Assembly: GCA_904063045.1 (NCBI GenBank)
Contig: CAJFCJ010000004.1
Coordinates: 494,195-558,194 of the forward strand
Reading direction: 5' to 3'
DNA from: Dimorphilus gyrociliatus
Lineage: Eukaryota; Animalia; Annelida
Length of the DNA: 64,000 nt
Within the stretch, counting starts at the first letter, position 1, and each line of letters opens with the position of its first letter. The position numbers and the translations under genes are program-made. Positions 37,501 to 49,826 of this stretch are shown here, one piece after another. Below the pieces are notes generated by a model. The model did not search any database. It was not told the DNA's origin and was given only the letters and a program-made list of their open reading frames with translations.

Positions 37501-39244
37501 TTCTTCAAAAACTCTTTCCCTACCCCTCCCCCTCCTCCTTTAGATTCCTCAGAACTCAAGATTTATCTTATTTTATTTTTATCTTTATCGGTTTAGCCTG
37601 TGTATTCCTATTTTTTCTTGTTAAAGTCGCTTCTGTCTGCTCGATTAGTTTTATTATGGCTGTTTGTTATAATAAGAAGATATTGTTATGCAGAATGTGG
37701 CTGCAATAACCTAGTAGCTAGTGTAATTTTTCCGTTATTATGGAACTATCTGTCATATTCCCAAAGCTTTCCCCCCACTTTTCTTTAAGTTTCAAAGTAT
37801 AAAATAGTAAAGGCGAATGTCTAATACTAAAATTTAGATTCTCTTTAAAAGTATTCAATAGACAACAGTTAGAATAGTCATAATATTTCACGATCTCTGT
37901 ATAGTTCTTACTGTCTTTTTGACTAATGTTTGAAAGTTTTTATAAATAATGTTTTCATTTCAATTATGTAGGGATTTTTTTGTATAATATATATATATAT
38001 ATATGTATATTTATATGTATGTGTGTGAGTGTGTGAATACACTTGTATATTATAATTATTTAACAAATAGATTATCACGTAATTTTCGAACGAGATTAAA
38101 AACCCTAAAGGATAATTAATTTTTAAGATGCTATTTGAATAATATCCCTAATGAATAATAATAAATGTGTTGTACATATAGTGTTCTTTATAGAAATTAA
38201 AAACTTTTAGCAATAGAAGAGTATACACTATAGCACAATAGATGGAAAATATACCAAAGTGGGAAAGAGAAAGAGACTAAAAGATAGAAGAGGGAAGAGA
38301 GAAGATCTCATATTGCCCAGCGTTTTTGAATAATCATTAGCAGATGAAAAGTATTCCAACCAATCGCTACTCTCATGATGGATTTCATGATCGAATCATT
38401 TTGCAAATCAATGTCGTATTAATATGACAAGAACCTTATGAAGAGAAGAATTATAAAGAAAAAATATTATCCATTGAATTCAATGAAGCAAAGAAAATAG
38501 GAAATTTTCCCTTTGTTTTTTAACTAAAACCCTAAAAGATATGTTGATTCATTACTAATTATCACGAAACTGCATTCAAAGTAGTACAAACTCACCTCTG
38601 TGTGATCTTTTTGTATTATTACACTACAATTAAAGTATTAAAATGAAAGATAAATACGCTTTTTTCTAGTAATAATTCATTAAAATTTCTTAAAGCGCAT
38701 GCGTACTTTTAGCAAATCTCTTAAATAATCACGAATAAGGTAGAGAAAAATATATCTTGCTAGAATGCAATGAGGTTATGTACAGAAGATGCGAAATTCG
38801 AGTTTTTATACACATTTCAGACATCCAGTATATCCTAAAAGTGTTTCAAGTCGCCTTTCTTTTTTTTCGCAGTTTACTGCACCCCGTTCGTTATTCGATT
38901 AGGTACAATTATTGAGCAGCCGCCTTTGTTCTGGCAACAATGTATAATGCATTTACATCTCTAGGCCTAAAGTTACGGTAGGTTGCGGTTTAGTATAATT
39001 AAGCATCTGCATGGTGCGTTCTTTCCGCAGAGAGCGTTAGTTATTCAACGAGCGATATCTGCTGTCAATTTGCCGTCGAGTGTGACTTAAAACGTTGCCA
39101 TAGGCCCGCAGCGAAATTCTCTATTGCTGTGGTCTTAAGCAGAAAATTTTCCAGAGCGATATAAGCTAAACGGTAAATTTTCATCCCTATTTCACTAAAC
39201 GTTCTCTTAAGAACTTTTTTTAAAAAATAAAGACAAATGAATAC

Positions 39245-39367
39245 CTTTTGAACTAAAACAGCTTTGCTTGGTGTAACGGGTAATCTCTGCAGTTCCATTG
39301 ATGCATTACTTGTTTCATCGGCTCTTCGCCGACTATCCGCCCATGGATTATCTATCACTGTGTCCAT
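39245..39367 (-). other. Orphan coding-like first exon (41 codons, phase-0 donor); possible distal alternative first exon of the Erg gene
   Basis: ATG at 39367 gives MDTVIDNPWADSRRRADETSNASMELQRLPVTPSKAVLVQK, then AAG|GTATTC. The phase matches the phase-0 acceptor at 28069. Confidence 0.35.
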
Positions 39368-40075
39368 GATTTTATTTTTTTTTAAATCCAAGACTTATTT
39401 CGCTAATCCATCCGTGTTATAGCTGATTCAAATATCTACTAAGAAACCTCAATCGCCTAGGTGGCGCTGTAATCGACAGTTGAAATTGAGAAACGCTATC
39501 TGTCGTCCTATACTGAATAAGCAAAATGAGATAACAGAATACTAGTAAGAGCGAAGAAAGGTTTATAATTGCGAATTTAGTAGGTATAGCTACTTGAATG
39601 CTAGGAATTTTATCTCCAAAAATATATGAAGATTTCTATTATCCGAGGAAAGTATTTTGGCTAGATATTAAAAAATATAATAGATATTCCATTTCCGCAA
39701 TGCCCCGTGGCAAACAGATCGAGTGTAAACAAATCGGATTTTGTCAGAGGGACTATGCTAGTCATATTTAAATTAATACCACTTAGAGTGAGAATATTGC
39801 AAGAACGCAACTATTTAATAAATAAAATTTCAGAAAAGACAAAAACATTGTACAGAATATTAAATACGTATTTATTTCCACCTATTATAATGTTCATTAC
39901 AGGTGCGATAGACAAGATAAGGTTAGAATAAAACACACTCACTTTTTCATTTGTTTTAGCATGGCTAGCCTCTAGTAGAGTAGTTTGTAAATTACAATAA
40001 AAACATTTATTAAATCAAGAAACACCGCTGACTACGTATAAACTAAACGTAAAGAAACGCTTTTTGTATCTTTTG

Positions 40076-41221
40076 TTAAGGAACATACGGGGGTGGGGTT
40101 GGTTGATCATCCGTAGTCATTCGAACAGCGTCTTCATATTTGGGTGGCATAACAATCTAGAGGAGTAAAAGAATCATAAGAAAAATAATCAAAATACGTA
40201 AAGAGGATTTTATATAAGCCTAAGTCTCTCCCCTTACGCCCCCAAATCACAGCAAAGCCTAAGTAGCTGCAGACGATCAGACGACTTCCTAACGTGATCG
40301 CTTTATTTTTTTTTTGTGCGGTTACTTTAGATTTGGAGCTACAGATAAGATTTAGATAAAGATACTTATTAATTTCCTCAAAAAAATTTTCAATATAACT
40401 CTGATAAATAAAACCTAAAATGTTCTTATTGATTTATACTTACGTTTGCCTGTGCTTCTGCGGAATGTGTACTATCTGCGCTATCCAACTCTCGAATATC
40501 ATATATTCTTGATCTATTTCTAGCATGAAGGTACTTGTAACAAGACCAAACGATACCAATAAAATAAACTTTAACCGACAAGACCAGAACGAAGAAAACC
40601 ATTACGAACAACATGAGCCAATCACTGTTCATTCTTAAAATTGATTCATGGTATGGAAAATGCGGCTGTAAAGTATAATAAGCAAGTTATTTTTAAATAA
40701 TGTAAAAAACAAATAATAGTGCATTTGTTCTAAAGCACGATGGAAATAGTATATATATATATATATGCAATTTGACTGTAATGTATGTTCAAATGAAACC
40801 ATCTAGAAAAACGATGCTAATTGATCAACAAGAATTTAATTAAATTTAAGAAAACTAAGCAAAATTTTGATAAATATGTATATATAGGTTCAGAAATGAT
40901 GAAATGTTCAGTAACATATTGCGCTTGAACATAATCACATAATATCATAAAGTAATATTATACTAAAACAAAAATCAATCCATCCCTAATTAATAAGTAT
41001 CAGATACATAAAGAAGCTAAATACAAAGGGATAAGTTTACTTTAGACCTTTATTTCAAAAGATATAATATCATTGATATATTTTATAGCAGTAAATTAAA
41101 GATGATCAATATTTTAATATAGGATAAAGTATAATTTTTTGTTGTTTTAATCTTTAGTTAATTGATTATGGATTTTTATATACTAATTACTTTTTTATTT
41201 TGTTCATACTTTTAGTAATAA

Positions 41222-41257
<36 letters not shown>

Positions 41258-42321
41258 AGCGCTTTATAACCATATGAGTGTCTACTTACAGGCAGTTGGG
41301 TTCGTAGCCAGCTCCTTATATGCGGCATGTAGGTAAATGCTCCAATTGCTACTAAGCAGGTAACGCAAAATTGAAACACTTGTACACAGAAAAATGGCAT
41401 CAAATATCCAGGTCGATTCTATATAGAAAAATTACACTTTTTATTTTCACCTACAATAGAAAACGTCTAGCAATAATAAAGAGATAAAAAATGGACATCT
41501 TTTTTTAATAAGTCTTTTTTATACATGTACGAAATGTTTTATATACACTATAATTTATCAAACATATTTCTTATATTGCCACAATACTCATAAATAGTTG
41601 TATTTTCATTTTAATTTTATGTAATTTAATATAATAGTTTTAATAAAAAAGTTATTGAGTATATTCTTTTTTTAAATAAACCTAATTTTAAAATATCTCT
41701 CGAAAACAATAATAGCTATGGTGTAAATTTCAGAGAAAACTTAGTATAATATAATATCTCATAATATTTCAAATACATGATCGCGAAATCGTGCATCATG
41801 GGACTAAATTAACTGCAGTAATAGCTTGAAAAATATCAATATCTTACTTTCAAAGCTCCATAAACAAGCATTAGGGTGAAACATATCATAAAAAACACTA
41901 TCATTAAACCCCAGAAATTGTCCTCTGAAACGATGAGTAATAAAATTAATTTAACCTCAATGTATAATATATAGAATATCTACCTCTGATATAATTTTTA
42001 TGTTTATAGATTAGCATTGGGAAGCTGTTCTTATCAACTGTTTCCGAAGCATTGAAATCATTGGACACAATACTCGCGACAGTTGGAAAATGTTTTTCAA
42101 GCGCGTCATTCTTTACAAGAACAACACCAAGTGTGCATAAAGTCAGTAGCTGGATCACCTGTAATAAAAATATCACCATGTCACTTATTGATTTTTTCAT
42201 ACTTAATTTACAAATATACCAAATGAAACACTCCAATCAAGATTGTACCATGACGAACATGAAGACAGCCACAACATATATAAGATTCCTGTGTGTTTGA
42301 AGATGTTTTCCAAGGAAACAT
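40076..42321 (-). CDS. LAPTM4: Lysosomal-associated transmembrane protein 4-like (LAPTM4/Mtp family), 261 aa, 6 exons
   Basis: Exons 42321-42220, 42158-41984, 41924-41848, 41418-41290, 40665-40444 and 40156-40076. Motifs CCGCLHVRHGTILIG, YLMPFFCVQVFQF, KVYFIGIVWSCYKYL and C-terminal PY-type motifs PPKY and PPPYVP. Confidence 0.9.
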
Positions 42322-42663
42322 TCTCGTTTTTACGTCAATGCGCTGCTAAATATGCTATTTTCTTTTAATTACTCAACAAATTGACGTCCATAACAAATAT
42401 GGCGGTTATTACAAAGCAGTTCGGTAAGATTACCTGTATTCATCCGCTGCTTGCGTAGTCTTCATATATTAGTTAAATTTACCTTCAAAATTTGTTTATT
42501 TTTTAGTAGAAATTTTTTTGCATAAAAAAAGATATTTTACGAATTAAATTACTCTTTAATTTAGCCAAAATATATTCCTTTCAGAAAAGTGGGCCCAAAT
42601 ATCGCGGACGAATAGATACCAGGCTAAGGTTTGTCTCTTGCGCATGTGTGGCAAATCGTAAAC
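42322..42663. promoter_or_regulatory. Bidirectional promoter region between LAPTM4-like and HM13
   Basis: Head-to-head ATGs with only 342 bp between them. Contains TGACGTC (CRE-like), AATATGGCGG (YY1-like) and TGCGCATGTG (NRF1-like). Confidence 0.6.
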
Positions 42664-45024
42664 ATGGCTGACGTTGTCGTAAACGAAACCGCTAAAACTT
42701 TAAATGAATCGGCACAAAATGCCACCTCAAAAATTCCTGCTACACCTGAGGGAATTGCAGTTGCTTATGGGAGTTTGGTTATCATGGCTTTGTTACCCAT
42801 TTTCTTTGGCTCTTACCGCTCTGTGAGACACCATAAGGAACAGAAGGTAATTTTTGAGTTCGGCAAATGGTAAAATGAAAGTATAAACATATTAAATTTG
42901 TTTAGGATTCTGGGGAAAAGTCTGAGAGAATGACTCTCAAAGATGCTGCCATGTTTCCAATTATAGCTAGCGGAGCACTTGTTGGATTATATATTTTCTT
43001 TAAAGTAATGATATAGTATACGTGGCTCAAATAGGCCTATATTACTCATTGTTTGCTACCCTTTTAGCTGTTCTCCAAGGAGTACATAAATCTGCTGCTC
43101 TCCTCCTATTTCTTTTTTCTCGGAGTTTTGGCATTAGCACACATTTTAAGGTAACGATACATCTTTTTGCTAAACATATGTTTTAATAAATTCAACTTTT
43201 TAATAGCCCTTTCATCAACAACTTAGTTCCTGTTTCTTTTCCCAATAAGAGTTATCACCTTATTTTCTCTGAAGGAGAAGATAAAGATAAATCAGGTAAA
43301 TAAAAAGATTTATTTGAAATTTGTCTATAAACTTACGCTATGAAAACAATTCTCTCTAGTTTAGTATTTAGGCTGTTTTCAATTAGCTTGATTCTTTGGG
43401 TTCTTTCTAAAACAAATTCAATAATATCTATTAGTCCGTAAGAGGGCGACAGACAATTACAAATAAATCATTTTATTAATAGTCTTCATTTTATTCCTAA
43501 TACTTTATGATTGTTGCATTTTAGATGTTATAAATTACAAGTTCGATCGTCGTGACCTACTGTCTCTCGCCATCTCCACAGTTGTTGGCGTTTGGTACTT
43601 ATGGAAAAAGGTAATTTCAAGCAAATTTTACAATATATTATACCTAAAAACAATACGTAAATATATATATATATATATATACAGTATAAACCCATATACA
43701 TTTTTAGCATTGGATAGCTAATAACCTATTTGGATTAGCATTTTCCGTAAATGGTGTAGAACTGCTTCAACTAAATCGTTTCAGTACTGGATGTATGCTA
43801 CTAGGAGGTCTTTTCATTTACGACATATTTTGGGTAATAAAAACTCTAGTAAATATAAGATTTTACATTATAGCTTGATTGTTGTATCTTTAGGTTTTTG
43901 GAACAAATGTTATGGTTACAGTTGCAAAATCGTTTGAAGCTCCGATAAAATGTATGTATCAGATTAATCTTAAGTTTTATTATTATAATAAATTATTAGT
44001 ACGCAAAAAAATTTTTTTAAATAGAATCAATTAATCTGCTTTATATCATCGCGGATTAAGAAATAAATGCTTTATAGCTATATAATAATACTAATACTTA
44101 TATACTTTTCAGTGGTATTTCCTCAAGATCTACTAGAGAAAGGTCTTGGAGCTACGAACTTTGCTATGTTAGGTTTAGGAGATATTGTTATTCCCGGAAT
44201 ATTTATTGCACTTTTGTTGAGATTCGACTATAGTAAAAATCCTAAGCAACGAATTTATTTTTATTCATCGTTTCTTGCTTATTTTCTTGGTCTTTTGACA
44301 ACAATATTTGTTATGCATGTATTTAAACATGCTCAGGTAAATTAATAAAACATTTTTCACCCTTAATACTATAAATAATAAATGAACAGCCTGCCTTACT
44401 TTACCTCGTTCCTGCTTGTATTACTGCTCCTCTATTAGTTGCTGTAGTCAAGGGTCAATTGAAAGATCTATTCAGGTAAGCAGAAAAATATTATATTTTT
44501 TTAAAAATACTAAAATATTAAAGAACGGGAAAATTATTGAATTAAATCGAAAAATCGTTAAAAGATATTAGTTCTTTCTCTTACTTTTTAAATATAAATG
44601 TAATTTTGTATTTGGAAAGTACTTAGTTAAAAATACAATCGTTAAATTTAATTCACAATTTATTTACTGTAACTTATTGAATTATTTAAATTGAATGAGG
44701 TAAAAAGCATTTTTTTTTTGTATAATAGTTCCTCATACATTTCCAAATTCGCACTCTAGTGTGCTTAGCTAATTGAAATTAAATAACTAAACGATGGACA
44801 TTTTTTTCGTTTTCAAGAAACATCTTATGAATATAATAGACTTTATTTTGAGTTTTTTTTATTGTGCTCTACTTTTTAAGTAAAAATATACATATAAAAT
44901 TTATTGATCTGGAAAACAACATTCAATAAATAACACTAATTAATGCTATTTCCCTAGTTACGAGGATAATCCGGAAGAAGAACCTAAAAAGGAAAAATCC
45001 AGTGAATCAAAAAAGGCTAAATAA
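42664..45024 (+). CDS. HM13: Signal peptide peptidase (minor histocompatibility antigen H13), 366 aa, 10 exons
   Basis: Exons 42664-42846, 42906-43004, 43068-43150, 43207-43295, 43525-43610, 43708-43833, 43894-43951, 44113-44336, 44390-44475 and 44958-45024. Catalytic YD (FIYDIFW), LGLGD and QPALLY motifs; C-terminal KKAK ER-retrieval signal. Confidence 0.96.
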
Positions 45025-45620
45025 TAATTTGAAAAATTTAGGATTTAACAAAAAAATTGAAATATAATGTGAATGTAATGTTTGTCCGTCATCTTCGTCA
45101 TTGTTGAATAAATACCTCTGCGTTCATGTTAAATGTCGTTTAAAATATTTTCAATAATTCAATAAAAATAATTCCTTTCTAGACGAAAAACGTTACATTG
45201 CTGAAAAAGAGTAAAAATATCGACTTAATGAATTTTGCATAATTAACTACACTGTTGCAGAAAACGTCTTATTAATTCTGAGTTGGTCAGTCAACTGAAC
45301 ATAGATAGTCTATCCTTAGTTGTTTGCGGTTTGTCAATACTGAAACAACGCCTATAATCCGATTGCAATTGTTTGGCAGTTCACTGCTTGACGTTTTCAA
45401 GAGCTGTCTGTCAGTTTTATTTGCTTGTACATGACAATTGTATGGGAAAAAATACTATCTGGCAAGTTACTCTTTCTTTAAAAGTAGATAAAGATTCACT
45501 AGGTTTTGTTTTCTTAAAAACATATATCTTATTCTTCACTCGACAGGCATAAGCATTCTTTGCTTATTTAATTGGACTTGTTCGGAAGATATCAATGGAA
45601 CCTCTAACCTCTCAACAACA

Positions 45621-45872
45621 ATGACGGAGGTCATTGGCAACGTTACTTCTAGTAATAGTGATATTACAGACAACCCATGGGATGACGCCAAAAAAGATCA
45701 AAATAAGCAAGGAAAGAAAATGTATATTATAATAGGAAGTATAGTTGGAGGAATTCCTTTATTATGTATTTTTATTTGCGTACTTAAAGCCGTATGTTCA
45801 TCCAAAAAAAAAGTTACTGCTAACAACTCGGATAAATATTCTCGAAAACGTGCAAAAGTTAGTCATAATTAA
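45621..45872 (+). CDS. Small single-pass membrane protein, 83 aa, uncharacterised
   Basis: ATG ORF with one hydrophobic segment (MYIIIGSIVGGIPLLCIFICVL) flanked by Lys clusters and an N-terminal NVT sequon. Putative 5'UTR intron 45440-45546 and AATAAA at about 46058 support transcription. Confidence 0.6.
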   Translation: MTEVIGNVTSSNSDITDNPWDDAKKDQNKQGKKMYIIIGSIVGGIPLLCIFICVLKAVCSSKKKVTANNSDKYSRKRAKVSHN

Positions 45873-46383
45873 GTCATGCTGATAGCTTGCATTGATTTTA
45901 TCTTATTGTTGAACGGGCCTTTATTATACAGCTACCTAAAACTATAATTTTAAGCTAATTTTTTTCTTTTTTTCCATACAAAAAATGACTAATGTAGCAA
46001 ACTACACATGCTTAGAAAATGTATCTATTTTCTTACATTTTGAGCTAAATATTTATAAATAAAGTCTTTTTCATTTAAAAATACTGAAATACAGTTATTT
46101 TAATATCTTTTCTTGATTACAATTTGAAATATAGTTTCTTTTTGCTAAACTTTCTTTTAGTAATGAAAGTAGGTCACATACGCAGAAATAACGGAAAATT
46201 CTTTTTTGTAAGCTCAAAAGTTTTCGGAAAAGTATGTTGAAATTTCAATAACAAAGATTTTTTTGCCATTTTTAAAATAGAATTTTCTAATTAAGAAAGA
46301 TCAAACAAGTGTTTCTACGAAAATTAATAAAAATCTATTAATTTCTACTTAAATTGTGTTGTAATGCGCGCTAGTCTATAAAA

Positions 46384-46392
46384 CCGGAAGTG
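46384..46392 (+). promoter_or_regulatory. ETS-type motif (CCGGAAGTG) in the promoter of the 46495 gene
   Basis: Perfect ETS consensus about 110 nt upstream of the ATG. Confidence 0.4.
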
Positions 46393-46494
46393 CTTGAGAC
46401 TGGGACTTCAGTACATTGAATTTTCAACTACTAGTTATATTTCCAAAGAATTAGTTTTCTTGCAAACGTGTTCTCTCTTTGGTAATTTTTTGAA

Positions 46495-48521
46495 ATGCCA
46501 TCCTCAGAAGATTTTAAGCTTGAGATTCTTGTAAATAAGCAGCCAATTCACGAATATGTGGATAATAAAACAGGGAAAGTGTTCGTTGAAAGTAATCTTT
46601 ATTCCCCAATTTCTTATCTTCAAAAAATTACTGAAAAAATTGAGGGACAAACTGTAACTCAGGTAATTAAATATAGTGACTTTAAATATTGTTTAATAAA
46701 TTTGGAAAATCATCACTATTTTCTTATTTTATCTATGAGCGATAATACAAGATTTTCCCATGCAGAACGTTCCTGTTACTCCATATGAAATTCGTCTTAC
46801 TACATCAAATAAGGCTAGAGGTCAATACTTTAGAATCATGGTTGATGGAATGAAAATAAAAGGAATGTCTATTACCCCTGGAAAAGAAAAGTATAGACTA
46901 AAATAGTTTACTAAAGAATATTTTTTCAAATTTTTTTCAAATGCTAATGTTACAGGTACGTTACGGGATTCCGAGATGGTAACAAAGTTCGAGAACTTTT
47001 ATTTAGTCTACCAAACATGTCAGAAGTAAGGTTTTATAAATACTTTCGTTAAATTTGTATATGTCTGAATATTCTCAGCATAAGGATAGAATGACAAACG
47101 TTAATCGATCTGAAATTGGTACCATCAGTGTTGAATGTTGGAAAGGCGTTTTAAGAGCTCGCATTGAGGACAAGAGAAACCCTCTGAAATTCACACAAGC
47201 AACTAAGAAGGATGCTTATTTAGTGACAAAAGGCCAAAGCCTTTTGCCAACGTCCTGTGCAGGGAAAACTATAGAAAAAAAGAAAGATACTCGTAGTGTT
47301 GATAAATGGAGTCTAGAGAAAAAAATGAGCACACTAACTGTTCATTATCGAATGGCGAATGAACTTAGTGCTATTGGATTTACTGTAGCTGGCGGTAATA
47401 TAAATGCTCCTGACGTAAAAGAAAAGAGAATTTCTGACCCTGAGAGAAAAAGGCCCCTAACAGCAGTTATAGACTTAACTGGCGATGATATTATCGAAGA
47501 AAAAGTTCGTAAGATCGATGTAATTAATATCGAAAATGAGAAAAATCAAACACGGCCGAATAGAAATAAAAAGAATGGTGTAAACAATACTGTGATAAAC
47601 AGCCAAACTATGGTTAAAATTGAAAATTCAGAAAAAAGAGATTGCTCTGATAAATTGAAATCAGTCCCTACTGAAAAAGCAACTCAAAATGAGGATATTG
47701 CCGAAGACTCAGAAGAGGAAGTGTCAACTCTCATAGAAAATAACAGTAAATCAGAATCCGAGAATAATAGCAGCTTAAGTAACCACGAAGAAGATATGGA
47801 TACAGAAGAGGAGTCAAATGAAGATGAAGAACAAGCTGAAGAAAATGATAAAGAGGAGACACTAGCTAAATCAAATGACGGAGGGGAACAAACTGATGTA
47901 AACAAGAAAGATAAGCAAAGCGAAGCAAATGAAGAACAACAAAGCAAAGCAGAGGTAAATCAGAAAAGTGAAGTTAAGGAAGATCCGCAGAATGAAACAA
48001 GGGAAGATCAGCAAGATGAAACAAAGGAAGAAGATCAGCTGGATGAAACAGAGGGAGATCAACAAAGTGAAGAAAATAACGAAGAGAAACAAATTGCAAT
48101 AAGTGATAAAGAGGAAAAAACAGAAGAATTGGAAAATATTGAAGAAAGTAATACTACAAAAGAAGACGATCCATCTTCCCAAAGCTTACAAAATGAAGAA
48201 ACAGCAAATGGGGAGAAAGAGAAGGAAAAATGTACAGGTGATAAGGAAAAAAACTCCGTTGGGAATATAGATAATAAACATACCATGGAAAACATTGATA
48301 AGGAAGCCGACGGCAATCAAAGCAATTCAGAATCATTTGACACTCAAAAACAAGAGTCTCAGAATGAATCATTTGCCAATGTAGATACTAGTCAGAATGT
48401 CCATTCTGTGTCTCAATTCAAAGCCATTAATGAGGATAGCGATAGTGAAGACAATTATGTATTATCTGAACCCGATGAAGACGGTGATCTAATGTCAACA
48501 TCCTCTACAGTGATGGGATAA
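46495..48521 (+). CDS. Uncharacterised protein, 601 aa: N-terminal globular domain (DUF7918-like), SIM-like motifs, long Glu/Asp/Asn-rich disordered tail
   Basis: Exons 46495-46662, 46766-46890, 46956-47025 and 47079-48521, phase-consistent (0,2,0). Motifs FRIMVDG, YVTGFRDG..RELLFS, IGTISV, VHYRMANELSAIG, then VIDLTGDD and KIDVINIE. Confidence 0.85.
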
Positions 48522-48887
48522 ACTTTTCGTAGATCTTTATAGCACATGAAAAAAACTGATCAGGAAATTTTATTTTTTTCTTATACATTTATGCTCTCGG
48601 TTGCTGTAGAACCGAAATGTCAAATTTTATCGCGAAAAAACAAAGTTTTATTTAAAAGTTATACAATGAAAAGCTTTAACTTACATAATAGGAAATCTTA
48701 ATTATAGCTTAAGAGGCTTCTAGTTGAGATCTTAATTATTCATAAAGAGTCCAAATTAAACGGCAACAAAAGATTGGATATTTATGAATATTCGATTGAC
48801 GGCACACTAAATCAGCACATTCAATTGAAAACCTCATAAATACCAACCTCAATATGAGTCACAAAGACTTTATTATAAGTTCAATAT

Positions 48888-49826
48888 TTATAGCAAGAAA
48901 TCTTTCCTACTCCTGCTTAATGATACGTTACTTTTATTCAACTTTGATTTCCTATAATGCGACCATATAGAACTTTTCCGAGTTAAGTTAGTATTAATTG
49001 ACTGCTTAGGTAATATAGGGTAACTTTGAATTATAGGCTGTTCCGATGCTTCTCTATAGAATATGGGCTGAGAAAGCCTGCTGAATGTATAACGAGGCAA
49101 TTGCGTCTGAGTTTCAGGATCGAATATGCTATTTATCTCTGCCATTGATAAATTACCAGGTGATACAAAAACAACTTGAGGTGCGGCGGAAACTGTTGAT
49201 ACAGATAATTCGCTTCCCCTTGACTTATTTTTTAATGAATTAGCGGCCCAAAATGGTACAAACGACGTGAAAAATGTACAAATAGTTGCAAATATGGCAA
49301 AATAGAAGCAGAAATTTAAAGCTCCTCCACTTTTCTCAAATTCTTTTGTTTTATTAGAAGTCACTCCCAGCCTGCTTACAAATTGTTTTCTGACGTCTTT
49401 CAGCTTCCAAAAATAGACTATCCAAGATACAGCTACCATTAGGGCGGCTATTACACAGATTGTAGGTATAATTATCTTGAGGCTAATTGATTCAAAACAA
49501 TTAACCAATAATGTTATTATCCAAGCAATAAAAATTATTATTGAAGAAGTTATTAACAACGCCGGTAAGGCCTGCTGCCAATCCTTTGTTTGATCTAGCT
49601 TAACACAAGAATTTCCCATTTCTATTCCATCCATCCATACTATAGTACATTCTTCGAATAAACCAGCATCTATTTGAACGCGAGTTTTCATTACACGATT
49701 AGTGAATTTCGTAGATATTGTTTCATCTATATGAAACCAAAAATTTAAGCCTACCGCTAATGATATAATAACAAAGTTTAAAGGAAGTAAAAACATTGTT
49801 AAGCAAGTTAATTCGCAAGATGCCAT
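48888..49826 (-). CDS. Claudin/PMP22/EMP superfamily four-TM protein, single exon, 312 aa
   Basis: Four hydrophobic segments; first loop carries W...GLFEEC...C, a variant of the W-GLW-C-C signature; about 115-aa cytoplasmic tail. Confidence 0.75.
   Translation of the reverse strand: MASCELTCLTMFLLPLNFVIISLAVGLNFWFHIDETISTKFTNRVMKTRVQIDAGLFEECTIVWMDGIEMGNSCVKLDQTKDWQQALPALLITSSIIIFIAWIITLLVNCFESISLKIIIPTICVIAALMVAVSWIVYFWKLKDVRKQFVSRLGVTSNKTKEFEKSGGALNFCFYFAIFATICTFFTSFVPFWAANSLKNKSRGSELSVSTVSAAPQVVFVSPGNLSMAEINSIFDPETQTQLPRYTFSRLSQPIFYREASEQPIIQSYPILPKQSINTNLTRKSSIWSHYRKSKLNKSNVSLSRSRKDFLL

Noticed and set aside
28700-39240. Search for PAS-domain exons or other genes upstream of Erg, including ORFs at 29968, 30270, 30890, 32418, 33727, 34325, 35730 and 37600
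   Set aside because: All are hydrophobic or low-complexity translations typical of AT-rich and microsatellite DNA; no PAS-cap (MPVRRG-like) or other motif seen. Very divergent micro-exons cannot be excluded by eye.
39065-39391. 108-aa ORF as a standalone unspliced gene
   Set aside because: After codon QK the frame runs through intron-like AT-rich sequence (VFICLYFLKK); only the first 41 codons from the ATG at 39367 look coding.
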